The notes beneath the pieces were generated by a model. That model was not told the origin of the DNA. It did not search any database and saw only the letters and a program-made list of their open reading frames with translations. From NCBI GenBank assembly GCA_963842215.1, contig CAWJFQ010000010.1:107471-171470 (forward strand): a DNA stretch of 64,000 bases. Reading direction: 5' to 3'. Shown piece after piece: positions 9,806 to 19,230 of this stretch (the stretch's first letter is position 1; each line of letters begins with the position of its first letter). Source of the stretch: an uncultured delta proteobacterium (GTDB lineage: Bacteria > Desulfobacterota > Binatia > Binatales > Binataceae). The position numbers and the translations under genes are program-made.

Positions 9806-12800
9806 TCCTTGCCGACTTATGCGTGCGCCGGCCGGTCTTCGCCACCATGTTCGTCGGGGTGCTGGTGGTGCTCGGTTGGTTCTCCTACATGCGCCTCGGC
9901 GTCGATCTGTTTCCCAAGGTCGATGTGCCGACCGTGATGGTGACGACCTTCCTGCCCGGCGCGGCGCCGGAAGAAACTGAAGCACGCGTCACCAAGCCGA
10001 TCGAGGAAGCGGTGAACACCGTCAGCGGAATCGACCAGATGCAGTCGAACACGCTCGAAGGCGTGTCGCGCGTAATTATCCAGTTCAAGCTCGAGCGCGA
10101 TCTCGATGCCGCGGTGCAGGACGTGCGCGACAAGATTTCCACGGTGCTCGATCAACTGCCCGACGGCACCAAGCCACCGCTGGTGCAGAAATTCGATCTG
10201 GACGCCGTGCCGGTCGTGACGATCACCGTCACCGGCTACCAGAGCTTGAAGGAACTGACCGAGCTGGCGCGCCGGCGCGCTGAAGGAACCGCTGGAATCG
10301 GTTGACGGCGTGGGTTCGATCGACATTGTCGGCGGACGCGAGCGCGAGATTCACGTGGCCGTCGATGCCGACAAACTGCACGCGACCGGAGTGACGATTC
10401 AGCAAGTCGGAACAGCGCTGGCGAGGCAAAACGTCGAGTACCCCGGCGGCCGCATGAAGCAGGGGATGTCCGAGGAGATGCTGCGCACGCTCGGCCGAAT
10501 CACCGAGGTTCCGGATTTCGCCAAGGTAATCGTGAGCGAGGTCGATGGGCGGCCGGTCACGGTCGGCGACGTCGCTACGGTCGAGGACAGCGTCAAGGAG
10601 CCGCGCTCACTGTCGCGATGGGACAACAGGAACGCGGTGTCGCTGGTGGTGCGCAAGCAGTCGGGCGAGAACACGATCGAGATGGTCGATCGGGTCAAGG
10701 AGCGGTACGAGGAAATCAAAGGCACGCTGCCGCCCGGGGTCGAGGTGATCTTGACTCGCGATGCGTCGCACTTCATCCGCGAGGCGGTGCAGACCGTGCA
10801 GGAGCATCTGGTGCTGGGCGGGATTTTCGCCGCGATCGTGGTGTTCTTCTTTCTCGGCTCGATTCGCTCGACGCTGATCGCCGCGGTCGCGATTCCGGTT
10901 TCGATCATCTCGACCTACTCGTTGATCCTGTGGATGGGTTTCACGCTCAACCGCATGACGCTGCTGGCGCTGACGCTGGCGGTCGGAATAGTGATCGATG
11001 ACGCCATAGTCGTGCTCGAAAACATTTTCCGCTTCATCGAAGAAAAGAACATGGACCCGATGTCGGCGGCCAAGGCGGCGACCGCAGAGGTGGGGTTGGC
11101 AGTCAGTGCGACAACGCTGTCACTCGCGGTAATCTTCGTGCCCGTCGCGTTCATCCACGGCGTAATGGGCCGCTTTCTGAATTCGTTCGGCCTCACGATG
11201 GCGTTCGCGATCATGGTGTCGTTGCTGGTTTCATTCACGCTGACGCCGATGTTGTGTTCGCGCTACCTGAAGCCCAAGGGCGCGGGCGGTTCGAAACACA
11301 ACAACACCAAGGACTGGAGGATTTTTCGCTGGATCGAAGACTACTACGACCTCGCGCTGCGCTGGTCGCTTGACCATCGATGGGTGCTGGTGGCGGTCGC
11401 AGTTGCACTGGTCATTTCGATCCCGTTCCTGGGCAAGCTGGTGGGCGCCACTTTCATGCCCGACGACGACTCGAGCGAGTTCGCGGTTAACATCCGCACG
11501 CCGCCCGGGTATTCGCTGGCGCATACCGACGAGATCGTCGCGCAGATCGAGGATCGCCTGCGGACAATCCCCGAGGTTCGCGACCTGTTCACCACCGTCG
11601 GCGACACCAACGGCGACGACCGCGTGACGGTTGCCGAGGTTGACGCGAAGTTGTTCCCGCTCGACCAGCGCCGGCGCAGCCAGGAACTGGTAATGGCCGA
11701 CGCGCGCAAGCTGATGGACGCGTTTCCGGTGCTGCGGATTAGCGTTGACGCGATCAAGCCGTGGGAACAGAGCGGATATCGCGACGTTGCGGTGGAATAC
11801 GACATGCGTGGTCCGGACCTCGACACGCTGCGCACCTACGCCGACAGCCTGATGGCGCGGCTCAGGAAAATTCCTGGCATCGTCGATCTCGATTCGAGCT
11901 ACGAGGGCGGCCTGCCGGAGCTCCAGGTAAACATCGATCGCAGCAAGTCGGCCGACTTGGGCGTGTCGGTCGACGATATCGCGCAGACGATGCGCACGAT
12001 GGTGCAGGGCGACGTGATCACGCGTTTTCGCGAGGGCCAGGATACCTACGACGTGCGCCTGCAGTTGGCCGACAAGGATCGCAACAATCCGGTGGTGGTC
12101 GCGGGGCTGACAATCCCGTCGAGCAAGGTCGGTCAGGTGCGGCTGGACAACGTCGCAACGCTTACGCATGGCACCGGGCCGGTGCAGATCGACCGGCAGG
12201 ATCGCCAGCGCAACATTTCGATCGTCTTCAACCTCGCGCCCGGATTCGCAATGAACAAGGTGATGGATGCCGTCACACACGAGGTCGGCCAGATTCATCT
12301 GCCGCCGGGGTACGTCACTGCGTTCGGCGGTCAGAGCAAAATTTACGGCGAGATGGTCACTGGCTTCGTGATCGCCTTCCTGCTCTCGATCATCTTCATG
12401 TACATGGTGCTGGCGGCGCAGTTCGAGAGCTTCGTCCATCCGATCACGATCATGTTGTCGCTGCCGCTGGCGGTGCCGTTCGCGCTGATCTCGCTGTTCC
12501 TGTTCCGCGAGCACCTGATGCTGTTCTCGACGCTCGGCATCCTGCTGCTGTTCGGCATCGTGAAAAAGAATTCGATCCTGCAGCTCGATCAAACGCTCAA
12601 CCTGATTCGCGCGGGACTGCCGCGCCGCCAGGCGATTCTCACAGCGAATCGCGACCGCCTGCGGCCTATCCTGATGACAACGGCGGCGCTGGTGGCGGGC
12701 ATGATTCCAGTCGCAATCGGGCAGGGCGCGGGCGACAGCTCGATTCGTGCAATCGCGCTGGTGGTGATCGGCGGTCAGACGCTATGCCTTCTGATCACGC

Positions 12801-12940
12801 TGCTGTTTACGCCGGTCGCGTTCTCGCTGTTCGACGACATGGAGAACTGGTTCCGCGCTTTCCGCAAACCAGCGGCACGGCTCAAGCTGGTCGAGCCTGC
12901 GTACGACGACGACGAACTCAAACGCGAAGCGATCGACTAA
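9802..12940 (+). pseudogene. RND efflux permease (AcrB/HAE family) interrupted by a +1 frameshift near 10266-10281
   Basis: ORFs 9802..10305 (167 aa, N-terminus) and 10310..12940 (876 aa) are consecutive parts of one AcrB-like protein. Reading ctg aag gaa ccg ctg gaa tcg gtt gac ggc gtg ggt from 10280 restores LKEPLESVDGVGSIDIVGG. This is either a pseudogene or a sequence error. Confidence 0.8.
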
Positions 12941-13167
12941 CCTCGCGCGCGGCTCCGTATTCAATCCTGCTGTCGCGCGGCAGACTTCCTGATCAAGCTA
13001 TCGGCGTTGTGATTTCTATGAATCCGCGGCGAAATCATCCCCGTATTCGGCTGAAGACCAAAGAGATCGAATCATCCAAGTAGAGCGACCTTCCGCTACC
13101 CGTCTTCAATCTCCCGCCCGCGTTCTGATACGCTCGCGAAATTGTGAAGCGCGGGGAGACAATCGCA

Positions 13168-13527
13168 ATGGGAGAAATCGCAATCGTGCTCGCGCTCGGA
13201 CTGGCCGCGGGAATTCTCGGCGGATTCGTCGGCGTCGGCGGTGGCGTGCTAATCGTTCCGGTGCTGGTGCTGGCGCTTGGCTTCGATCAGCATCTGGCCG
13301 TAGGCACTTCGCTCGGCGCGCTCCTGCCTCCAGTCGGAATCCTCGGCGCGTACGAGTACTACAAGCATGGCCATCTCGACGTAACCTACGCGCTGCTGCT
13401 GGGGTTGGGCTTGCTGATCGGCGCTTATATCGGCGCGGTTTACGCGGTCAAGATGCCGGCGGCTACGCTCCGGCGCATCTTTGGAGTTTTCCTGCTGCTG
13501 ACCTCGCTTCGAATGCTTTACAAATAA
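13168..13527 (+). CDS. TauE/SafE-family membrane protein, half-size (4 TM)
   Basis: GILGGFVGVGGGVLIVPVL and LAVGTS blocks. The ATG at 13168 follows GGGGAGA; the ORF-track GTG at 13144 is an alternative. Confidence 0.65.
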   Translation: MGEIAIVLALGLAAGILGGFVGVGGGVLIVPVLVLALGFDQHLAVGTSLGALLPPVGILGAYEYYKHGHLDVTYALLLGLGLLIGAYIGAVYAVKMPAATLRRIFGVFLLLTSLRMLYK

Positions 13528-13588
13528 GACCATCGTCAGAAAGGATTTGTGCCTTGCGATTCAGGATTGCGCTTACTAAGTTCGCGAT

Positions 13589-14014
13589 GTGGACGCGGCG
13601 CTGGAAAAAGCACTCAATCTTTTGCTCGAATCTGAGCGCGCCGGCGTGATTGCACTTGAGCAGCTTATCGCCGACGTCAAGCAAACTGAGCTCAGGAAGT
13701 TCCTGGCGGGATCGCGCGCGATGGAACAGCGCAACGCCGAGGAGCTGGAGGCATTGATCCGCGAAAACGGCGGCAAGCCGTCCGCGGGCGTCGGGCCGTT
13801 TGCGCGCAAAGTCGCGGCGCTCGACTCCATTCGCGATCGGCTGAACCTGTTGTCACGCGGACAGGAATGGGCGGCGCGCAAGACGGAAGTTGCGCTCGCG
13901 CTCGCGCCGGCAGACGGCCCGATACATGACTATCTGACAGCGATGGCGAATCGACATCGCGCCGAAGTGGAATGGGGTCGCGCCGAGGTTATACGCCTGA
14001 TGTCCGCCAGGTAA
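13589..14014 (+). CDS. Hypothetical helical (ferritin-like/DUF6306-like) protein
   Basis: 141-aa ORF with a GTG start. LNLLLESERAGVIAL...EQRNAEELEALI has a helical-bundle look. The family assignment is tentative. Confidence 0.45.
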   Translation: MDAALEKALNLLLESERAGVIALEQLIADVKQTELRKFLAGSRAMEQRNAEELEALIRENGGKPSAGVGPFARKVAALDSIRDRLNLLSRGQEWAARKTEVALALAPADGPIHDYLTAMANRHRAEVEWGRAEVIRLMSAR

Positions 14015-14038
14015 AGGCGCTGTCAAAGCTGCGCACTC

Positions 14039-14132
14039 GGCAGAATCCTGAATCAGAATCTTAAATCGCGCCCGAAAAATGTGCGCTGGACAAGGACCCT
14101 CACCTTTATCCTCTCCCTTACAGGGAGAGGAA
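14039..14132 (+). repeat. Element B copy (GCAGAATCCTGAATC...GGACCCTCACC...CCTCTCCCTTACAGGGAGAGG)
   Basis: Same unit as at 37600-37960, 45325-45820 and 54274-54393. Sits between convergent genes. Confidence 0.8.
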
Positions 14133-14138
14133 ACAGCG

Positions 14139-14852
14139 TTAGCTCGGGCGTTTCGCGACAAAGATCTCGCGGCCCCAATCATCGGTCATTGTAGCCGGCT
14201 CGAACCCAGCTTCCCGCAGAATGCGCATCCAGTCGCCGCGCGGAAAGATCCCTTCGATATGAAAATCGTGCACGACGCGCGCGTCGCCGTTGCGATCGCG
14301 CAGCATAATGGCGAAATCAGTTCTGTAGGTCGTATCGGTCGGATCGGGATCGACCGTCCACATGAGATAGCGAAGGCTGCGGCCGTCGCCGTCGTGCCCG
14401 CCATGCGTAATTTCCGCGACGAAGGTCTCGCGCACGCAGTCCGGCACGAACAGCGCGACACCACCGGCTCGACAGTGCCGGTACGCATTGCGTATCGCGG
14501 CGTCGAGGTCAGCCGCGCTCGTCATGTAGGCAATCGCGTCGTGGATAAATACGGCATCGAAGGTGCGCCCCAGGCTCACTGTGCGCATATCGCCCTCGCG
14601 ATGCTCGCATTCGGGATTTAGCGCGCGGCTGACCGCAAGCATTTGCGGCGACAAATCGACCAGCGTCATCTCGAATTTCGATTTGAGGTAAAACGCGTTG
14701 TTGCCTCCGCCGGAGCCGAGTTCGAGCACCGTATGCGGCGCAGGCCGGCACGCGTCAGTCAGCACGCTCGCAAAGAACGCCGCCTCGTCAGCATAGTCGA
14801 CAGGCGCCGAGAACAGCGGCCACCAATCCGCGAGCTCGTCGTACAGCTTCAT
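14139..14852 (-). CDS. Class I SAM-dependent methyltransferase
   Basis: VLELGSGGGNN (motif I) and FDAVFIHDAIAY blocks. Confidence 0.8.
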   Translation of the reverse strand: MKLYDELADWWPLFSAPVDYADEAAFFASVLTDACRPAPHTVLELGSGGGNNAFYLKSKFEMTLVDLSPQMLAVSRALNPECEHREGDMRTVSLGRTFDAVFIHDAIAYMTSAADLDAAIRNAYRHCRAGGVALFVPDCVRETFVAEITHGGHDGDGRSLRYLMWTVDPDPTDTTYRTDFAIMLRDRNGDARVVHDFHIEGIFPRGDWMRILREAGFEPATMTDDWGREIFVAKRPS

Positions 14853-14867
14853 CGCGGCGGCTTCGCT

Positions 14868-15476
14868 TTACGACTTCTTAGGCGGCGGCGCAGGCACTTC
14901 CTTCATGCGGGCAGTGGTGTCGGTGTCGTACTCGAGATGCAGTGCGCGCACGATCATGCCGTGCATCCGCCACAGCCCAATCACGTAAAACAACTCCATG
15001 ATCTGTTCGTCAGGCAGATGGCTTTTAAGCGCGGCGAAGGTCTCATCCTCGACCAGGTTGCGTCCGACCAGCTCGTCGGTCGCCTGCATCACGGCGCGCT
15101 CGGCGTCGGTGAACTTGTCGCTGGTCGCCCAGCCCTTGATCGCGGCGAGCTTGTCTTCTGAAACACCCACCATTCGCGCCACCTTCAGATGCTGCGAGTA
15201 CTCGAACCGCGAGTCGCCGACAATTCCAGTCCGGAGAATCGCCAGTTCGCGCAGTTTCGCCGGCAGCTTCCGTCCCGGCTGCATCAACGCCATCAGCGAG
15301 TTACGCGCCTGGAACAGCAAGTCGGGCACGAGCGCGAACGTCGTCCAATAGTCGCCCGGCGTGCCGGTGGCAGTTCCCGGCTCAGCCACGGGATCACGCT
15401 CGCCGAAAAATTGCTGGTAAAGTTCCCGGATCTCCGGCGTGGCTTCGGCCCTGGTCACTTGGCGCAATCGGCCCAT
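14868..15476 (-). CDS. Carboxymuconolactone decarboxylase (CMD/AhpD-like) family protein
   Basis: RELAILRTGIVGDSRFEYSQHLKVARMVGVSEDKL block. Trimmed from ORF-track start 15710 (which runs through the tRNA) to the ATG at 15476 (MGRLRQVTRAE). Confidence 0.75.
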   Translation of the reverse strand: MGRLRQVTRAEATPEIRELYQQFFGERDPVAEPGTATGTPGDYWTTFALVPDLLFQARNSLMALMQPGRKLPAKLRELAILRTGIVGDSRFEYSQHLKVARMVGVSEDKLAAIKGWATSDKFTDAERAVMQATDELVGRNLVEDETFAALKSHLPDEQIMELFYVIGLWRMHGMIVRALHLEYDTDTTARMKEVPAPPPKKS

Positions 15477-15623
15477 GATGATGCTCCTGGCGTTGGTGAT
15501 GTGCGTTTCGATGACACCAATATCGCCGTTATCAGAAGTACGCAAATCGCGGCGCCTGCGACCGTGACGCCGTAACGACTCTTGCGAGGTAGCGCGCGCG
15601 GCGCGATAATCCGTGGCTCCGGT

Positions 15624-15701
15624 GGACGCATAGCTCAGCCCGGTTAGAGCGCTTGCCTCACATGCAAGAGGTCCCTGGTTCGAGTCCAGGTGCGTCCACC
15701 A
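15624..15701 (+). tRNA. tRNA-Val (anticodon CAC), encoded CCA end
   Basis: Hand-folded cloverleaf. Acceptor GGACGCA/TGCGTCC, D stem GCTC/GAGC, anticodon stem CTTGC/GCAAG with loop CTCACAT, T stem CCTGG/CCAGG with loop TTCGAGT, discriminator A, then CCA. Confidence 0.93.
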
Positions 15702-15910
15702 ATTTTTCACATTCTATCCGTGTGGTTTCGTGTCGAGCTCTCGACGCCGCGACTTCTGTTTTTCTAGTAGGTTATCCATCCCGGTGCCGGTGGAGAGGAG
15801 CAGCGATGCCGTAGTGGAGAGCATCGGCCAATCACAGAGCGAACATTGTAAAAGGGATCAACAAATGGGCGACGGAGCGTGCTGATGCGTGAGCGCTTGG
15901 CGCGCCTCGA

Positions 15911-15939
15911 TTGACGCAACTTCGGCAGAATGCCATAAG
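15911..15939 (+). promoter_or_regulatory. Candidate sigma70-type promoter (TTGACG - 17 nt - CATAAG)
   Basis: Located about 20 nt upstream of the GGAGGAG RBS of the 15961 gene. The hexamers were judged by eye only. Confidence 0.3.
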
Positions 15940-15960
15940 CGCCACCGGAGGAGAGTAATC

Positions 15961-16395
15961 ATGCGCAAATCAACCGGCCTTTTGGCTGTGGCAATGTTTT
16001 CTGCAGTTGTGATGGTTCTCTTTGCTAATTCGCCCTCCGCAGAAGCGAAGGGTAACTGCCAGGCTAAGCTGCTGCAAAACTCTTACAATTGCAGCTTCGT
16101 GGATAATGATTTCCCACCGTTTACCGAGTGCTGGGACTTTTTTACCGGCGGGTTATCCCAGTATTTTGATCTCGATAACAGCGTTGAAGATTATGGCTGC
16201 GCATGTGATCCAGCGGGTAAATTGAATTCAGCGGTGTTCGACAATTCTTCGAGCAGCTTCGAGTGCGAGGACGGCGAGCGATTTTATGTGCTCACCGGGA
16301 AAATAAGTGGCAAGAAGCTCTCCGTTCAGGGAATAGGGGCGTCGGGCGAGCAGTATGTCGGCACCTGCACCATCAGCTCTTCGCCTTGCCCCTGA
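15961..16395 (+). CDS. Small secreted Cys-rich hypothetical protein
   Basis: ATG at 15961 after GGAGGAG. Signal peptide MRKSTGLLAVAMFSAVVMVLFANSPSAEA, mature part with 8 Cys. Codon usage is visibly more A/T-rich than the surroundings. Confidence 0.6.
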   Translation: MRKSTGLLAVAMFSAVVMVLFANSPSAEAKGNCQAKLLQNSYNCSFVDNDFPPFTECWDFFTGGLSQYFDLDNSVEDYGCACDPAGKLNSAVFDNSSSSFECEDGERFYVLTGKISGKKLSVQGIGASGEQYVGTCTISSSPCP

Positions 16396-16551
16396 TCTGA
16401 ATCGTGCTGGCCGTGCGACTGACCGATCGCTGAGGGGTTGTCATGGCCGCAGCATTGGGATGAGCCGCCCGGATGCTTGCTCACGGCGCGTGCCGCCGAG
16501 ACGGGCCAGGGGGCAGGTACCTGGTTCGAGCTCGGCGACGCGCGCTCAGGC

Positions 16552-17616
16552 CTAATCACCAAACGAAAATTGTTCGGGACCGTCAAGGCTGCCCGCATTG
16601 TTCGAGATGGTGACTATTGGGGTTGGTGTTCCGCTCGCCGTTAGTTGCGCGGGTGAAAACTCGACGACACTATCGCCGACGTAGTTTGATACCCACAGAT
16701 TTCCCTTGTCGTCGAAGCCGATTCCAAGCGGTCCATCGAGGCTCAGGCCAGTCGCGCCTATCGTCACTGCCGGGACCGGACTGCTGGAAGTTTTGAGAGA
16801 AGCGGCAGCAAACTCGACGATAGAATTGTTGCCCAGATTCGCCACCCAAAGATTGTGCTTGCTGTCGAACGCGATACCTTTGCATCCGCTAAGACTGCCC
16901 GATCCGTCATCCGATAGAATCACGGCGGGGGTTAGTGCGCCACCCTTGGCGAGTCCTTTTTTGGCGAACTCCTCGATCTGATCGCTATCATCATTAGAGA
17001 TCCAGAGATTGCCTTTGTGATCGAACGCGATATTCCGAGCACCATCGAGAGCCGGCGAAGTGATCGTGACGTTAGGGGTGAGATCGCCTCCGACCTTTAA
17101 TTGTTTTTTCGAAAACTCAAAAATCTTTTCGGCACCGTTGTCGCTGACCCATAGGTTTCCCGAGCGATCGAAATCGGCCAATGGGATTTCTAAACTCGAC
17201 GACGTGACGGTGACTGCCGGCGCCGGGTTGGACGTATTCCCAAGTTCCAGGAGCTGCAGCCCTGTAAACTCGATAATCGACGGCGTGAGTCCGTTTACAA
17301 CCCACATATTGCCCGACGGGTCGAATACCAGAGCGGCCGGGAAGTTGAGCGCGGTGCTGAGATTGGTAAGCGCAGGAACCGGCGAACCGCCGGCAGCGCG
17401 TTGAGCCGGTGTGTATTCGACAATTGTGCTGCCATTCGCGTTCGGGACCCACAATCCACGGTTGTCAGCCTTTTGACCGGCGCTGCCGATGCCGGCGGAC
17501 TGAGCCAGGACCAAGGCGCAGACGCCCGCTGAAAGCACGAGCGTACGCAAGCCAAACCCCAATCCATGATCTTCGCGGCGACTGACGGTGTTTAACGCAG
17601 AGCGCTGGTCGATCAT
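16552..17616 (-). CDS. Secreted NHL/YncE-like six-bladed beta-propeller repeat protein
   Basis: Signal-like N-terminus, then six repeats of ...F(D)xxGNLWVSN...I(V/I/E)EF... (GNMWVVN, GNLWVSD, GNLWISN, HNLWVAN, GNLWVSN). Confidence 0.75.
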   Translation of the reverse strand: MIDQRSALNTVSRREDHGLGFGLRTLVLSAGVCALVLAQSAGIGSAGQKADNRGLWVPNANGSTIVEYTPAQRAAGGSPVPALTNLSTALNFPAALVFDPSGNMWVVNGLTPSIIEFTGLQLLELGNTSNPAPAVTVTSSSLEIPLADFDRSGNLWVSDNGAEKIFEFSKKQLKVGGDLTPNVTITSPALDGARNIAFDHKGNLWISNDDSDQIEEFAKKGLAKGGALTPAVILSDDGSGSLSGCKGIAFDSKHNLWVANLGNNSIVEFAAASLKTSSSPVPAVTIGATGLSLDGPLGIGFDDKGNLWVSNYVGDSVVEFSPAQLTASGTPTPIVTISNNAGSLDGPEQFSFGD

Positions 17617-17863
17617 TTTTTCCCCTCTCAGACGGCTTGTGAATCGCCAGTCTGTACATCGCTGTTATCACGCGACTGTCATCGATTTCCAGATACCCGA
17701 TTCCATTTTGACTCTCCACGATTCAATCGTCGCCCGGTACACTTTTCCCTAACATCCGCTTGGAACCTTTGGCGGTTGCCGCAGATTGAAGTACCTTGGA
17801 GTACTGAAGATGATGCGGGATCGACACCGTCCAGTTATTTCGTGACTGCAGCGAGGTCAGCAA

Positions 17864-18118
17864 ATGTTTGAAGACGAAACCATCGACATTGCTTGCCCGA
17901 AGTGTGGCTTCAAGAACTCGCTTTTGGTGCGGGAATTGGAACAGACCAGCGAAACTCATATCGTGTGCCAGGGTTGCAAGGTCGGCGTGAAAGTAGAGGC
18001 CGAGGAATTTCGGCAACGGCTCAATCAAATCAACGACGAGGTCGAGTCGATGACTCTCGAAGCCAAGCAGGAAGGCAAAAAGAGACAGCATCGACGCAAA
18101 GATGACTTTCAGATCTGA
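17864..18118 (+). CDS. Small zinc-ribbon hypothetical protein
   Basis: 84 aa with CPKC...(22)...CQGC followed by a charged helical tail. Lies 47 nt upstream of the Cys-rich peptide gene on the same strand. Confidence 0.5.
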   Translation: MFEDETIDIACPKCGFKNSLLVRELEQTSETHIVCQGCKVGVKVEAEEFRQRLNQINDEVESMTLEAKQEGKKRQHRRKDDFQI

Positions 18119-18165
18119 GGCTGGCGACTTTCGATCCAGGTCAATTGCGAAAGGAGATCAATTCG

Positions 18166-18453
18166 ATGAAAAAAACCGGTTTGGCAGGGGCGATGCTCGC
18201 GACCGCGGTCGCACTCACATTCGCTGCAAGTGTCGCGAACGCCGGCGACGCACCGAGCCCGTCGGCGCAAGCTGCCCAACTCAAGTGCCTCGGCGCAAAT
18301 GCGTGCAAAGGGCAGAGCGCCTGCAAGACTGCTACTAACGATTGCCAGGGCAAGAATTCATGCGCAGGCAAGGGCTACATCATTACCGCCGACGCCAAGT
18401 CCTGCGAGTCCAAGGGCGGTCACGTCGGCAAGAAGCCGCCGATGCCGATGTAG
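18166..18453 (+). CDS. Bufferin-like (six-Cys, BufA2/DUF2282-like) Sec-exported Cys-rich peptide
   Basis: AAGGAG lies 9 nt before the ATG at 18166. Signal is MKKTGLAGAMLATAVALTFAASVANA. Mature part is KCLGANACKGQSACKTATNDCQGKNSCAGKGYIITADAKSCESKGG. The family call is from pattern memory, not a search. Confidence 0.6.
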   Translation: MKKTGLAGAMLATAVALTFAASVANAGDAPSPSAQAAQLKCLGANACKGQSACKTATNDCQGKNSCAGKGYIITADAKSCESKGGHVGKKPPMPM

Positions 18454-18492
18454 CACGCGTTTCAGGGCGCTGGCCCGAGGGACGGGCAACTG

Positions 18493-19230
18493 ATGAAAGG
18501 CGAAAAGGCTGCCGCGCGAGTCACTACTCTCCTTCGAAGGCTTCCGTGGAGTCTACCGAGCGAATCGCCGCCCGCTGACAATCGAAGGAAAGGAAGACGC
18601 GCGCAACCCGCAGCGATAAGGCTGGCACATTGGATAAACATCCCGCTGCTCGTCATCATGGCCGGCAGCGGCTTGCAGATTTTTGCCGCCTATCCAGCGC
18701 TCGGCCCGCGCGGCGCTCAATACGGCTGGTATCCATTTCAGGGCCACGCGCCACCGTCGTGGCTACGATTCGGCGGATGGCTCGCGGGCGCACGTCATTG
18801 GCATTTCGCAATCGCCTGGTTCCTCATTCTGAACGGCGTGATCTACTTGGTTTACATGGTCGCGAGCGGCGAATGGCGGCGGCGCGTTTTCATACCAACT
18901 CGCGACACCTCCAACGCGCTTGCGATGTTCGGTTACTACCTGCGCGTTCGCAGCACTCCGCCGCCTGAGGATTTCTACAATGGCTTGCAGCGCCTTGCGT
19001 ACAGCTCCGCGATTCTGTTCGGCGCAGTGGTAGTTTTATCGGGGCTGGCGATTTACAAACCGGTCCAGTTGCACTGGATCACTGCGGCGTTCGGCGGATA
19101 CGACGTCGCGCGCGTCGTGCATTTGAGCTGCCTGGTCTTGCTCGCATCGTTCACCGCGATGCACCTGGTACTCGTCGCGTTGCATCCGCGAACGATCGTC
19201 ACGATGGTGAGCGGGGGGCCGCTTGGCTAG
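18493..19230 (+). CDS. Membrane b-type cytochrome (PF01292/cytochrome b561-like)
   Basis: RLAHWINIPLLVIMAGSGLQIF and ARHWHFAIAWFLILNG segments, 4 TM. Its stop overlaps the start of the downstream Mo-enzyme gene. Confidence 0.75.
   Translation: MKGEKAAARVTTLLRRLPWSLPSESPPADNRRKGRRAQPAAIRLAHWINIPLLVIMAGSGLQIFAAYPALGPRGAQYGWYPFQGHAPPSWLRFGGWLAGARHWHFAIAWFLILNGVIYLVYMVASGEWRRRVFIPTRDTSNALAMFGYYLRVRSTPPPEDFYNGLQRLAYSSAILFGAVVVLSGLAIYKPVQLHWITAAFGGYDVARVVHLSCLVLLASFTAMHLVLVALHPRTIVTMVSGGPLG

Noticed and set aside
9802-10310. Programmed ribosomal frameshifting as an explanation for the split genes
   Set aside because: No slippery heptamer or downstream stimulatory structure is evident at any of the three junctions. 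The affected families are not known to use recoding.
11231-12592. Long antisense or alternate-frame ORFs. Examples: 453 aa at 11231..12592(-), 535 aa at 34622..36229(+), 305 aa at 9068..9985(-), 314 aa at 26510..27454(-), 351 aa at 57486..58541(+)
   Set aside because: They lie opposite or out of frame to genes with clear family motifs. They are Arg/Ala/Gly/His-rich with no motifs, as expected for shadow ORFs in high-GC DNA. They are not called as genes.
14868-15710. 280-aa ORF-track entry extending across the tRNA-Val gene
   Set aside because: Its N-terminal 78 codons are the antisense of the tRNA and its flank (MKNWWTHLDSNQGPLACEAS...). The CMD-family similarity begins at the internal ATG (15476), so the CDS was trimmed.
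15702-15960. Integrase, att repeat or prophage boundary next to tRNA-Val
   Set aside because: No integrase or recombinase ORF was found, and no direct repeat of the tRNA 3' end was found in the following sequence. Only the compositional shift is reported.
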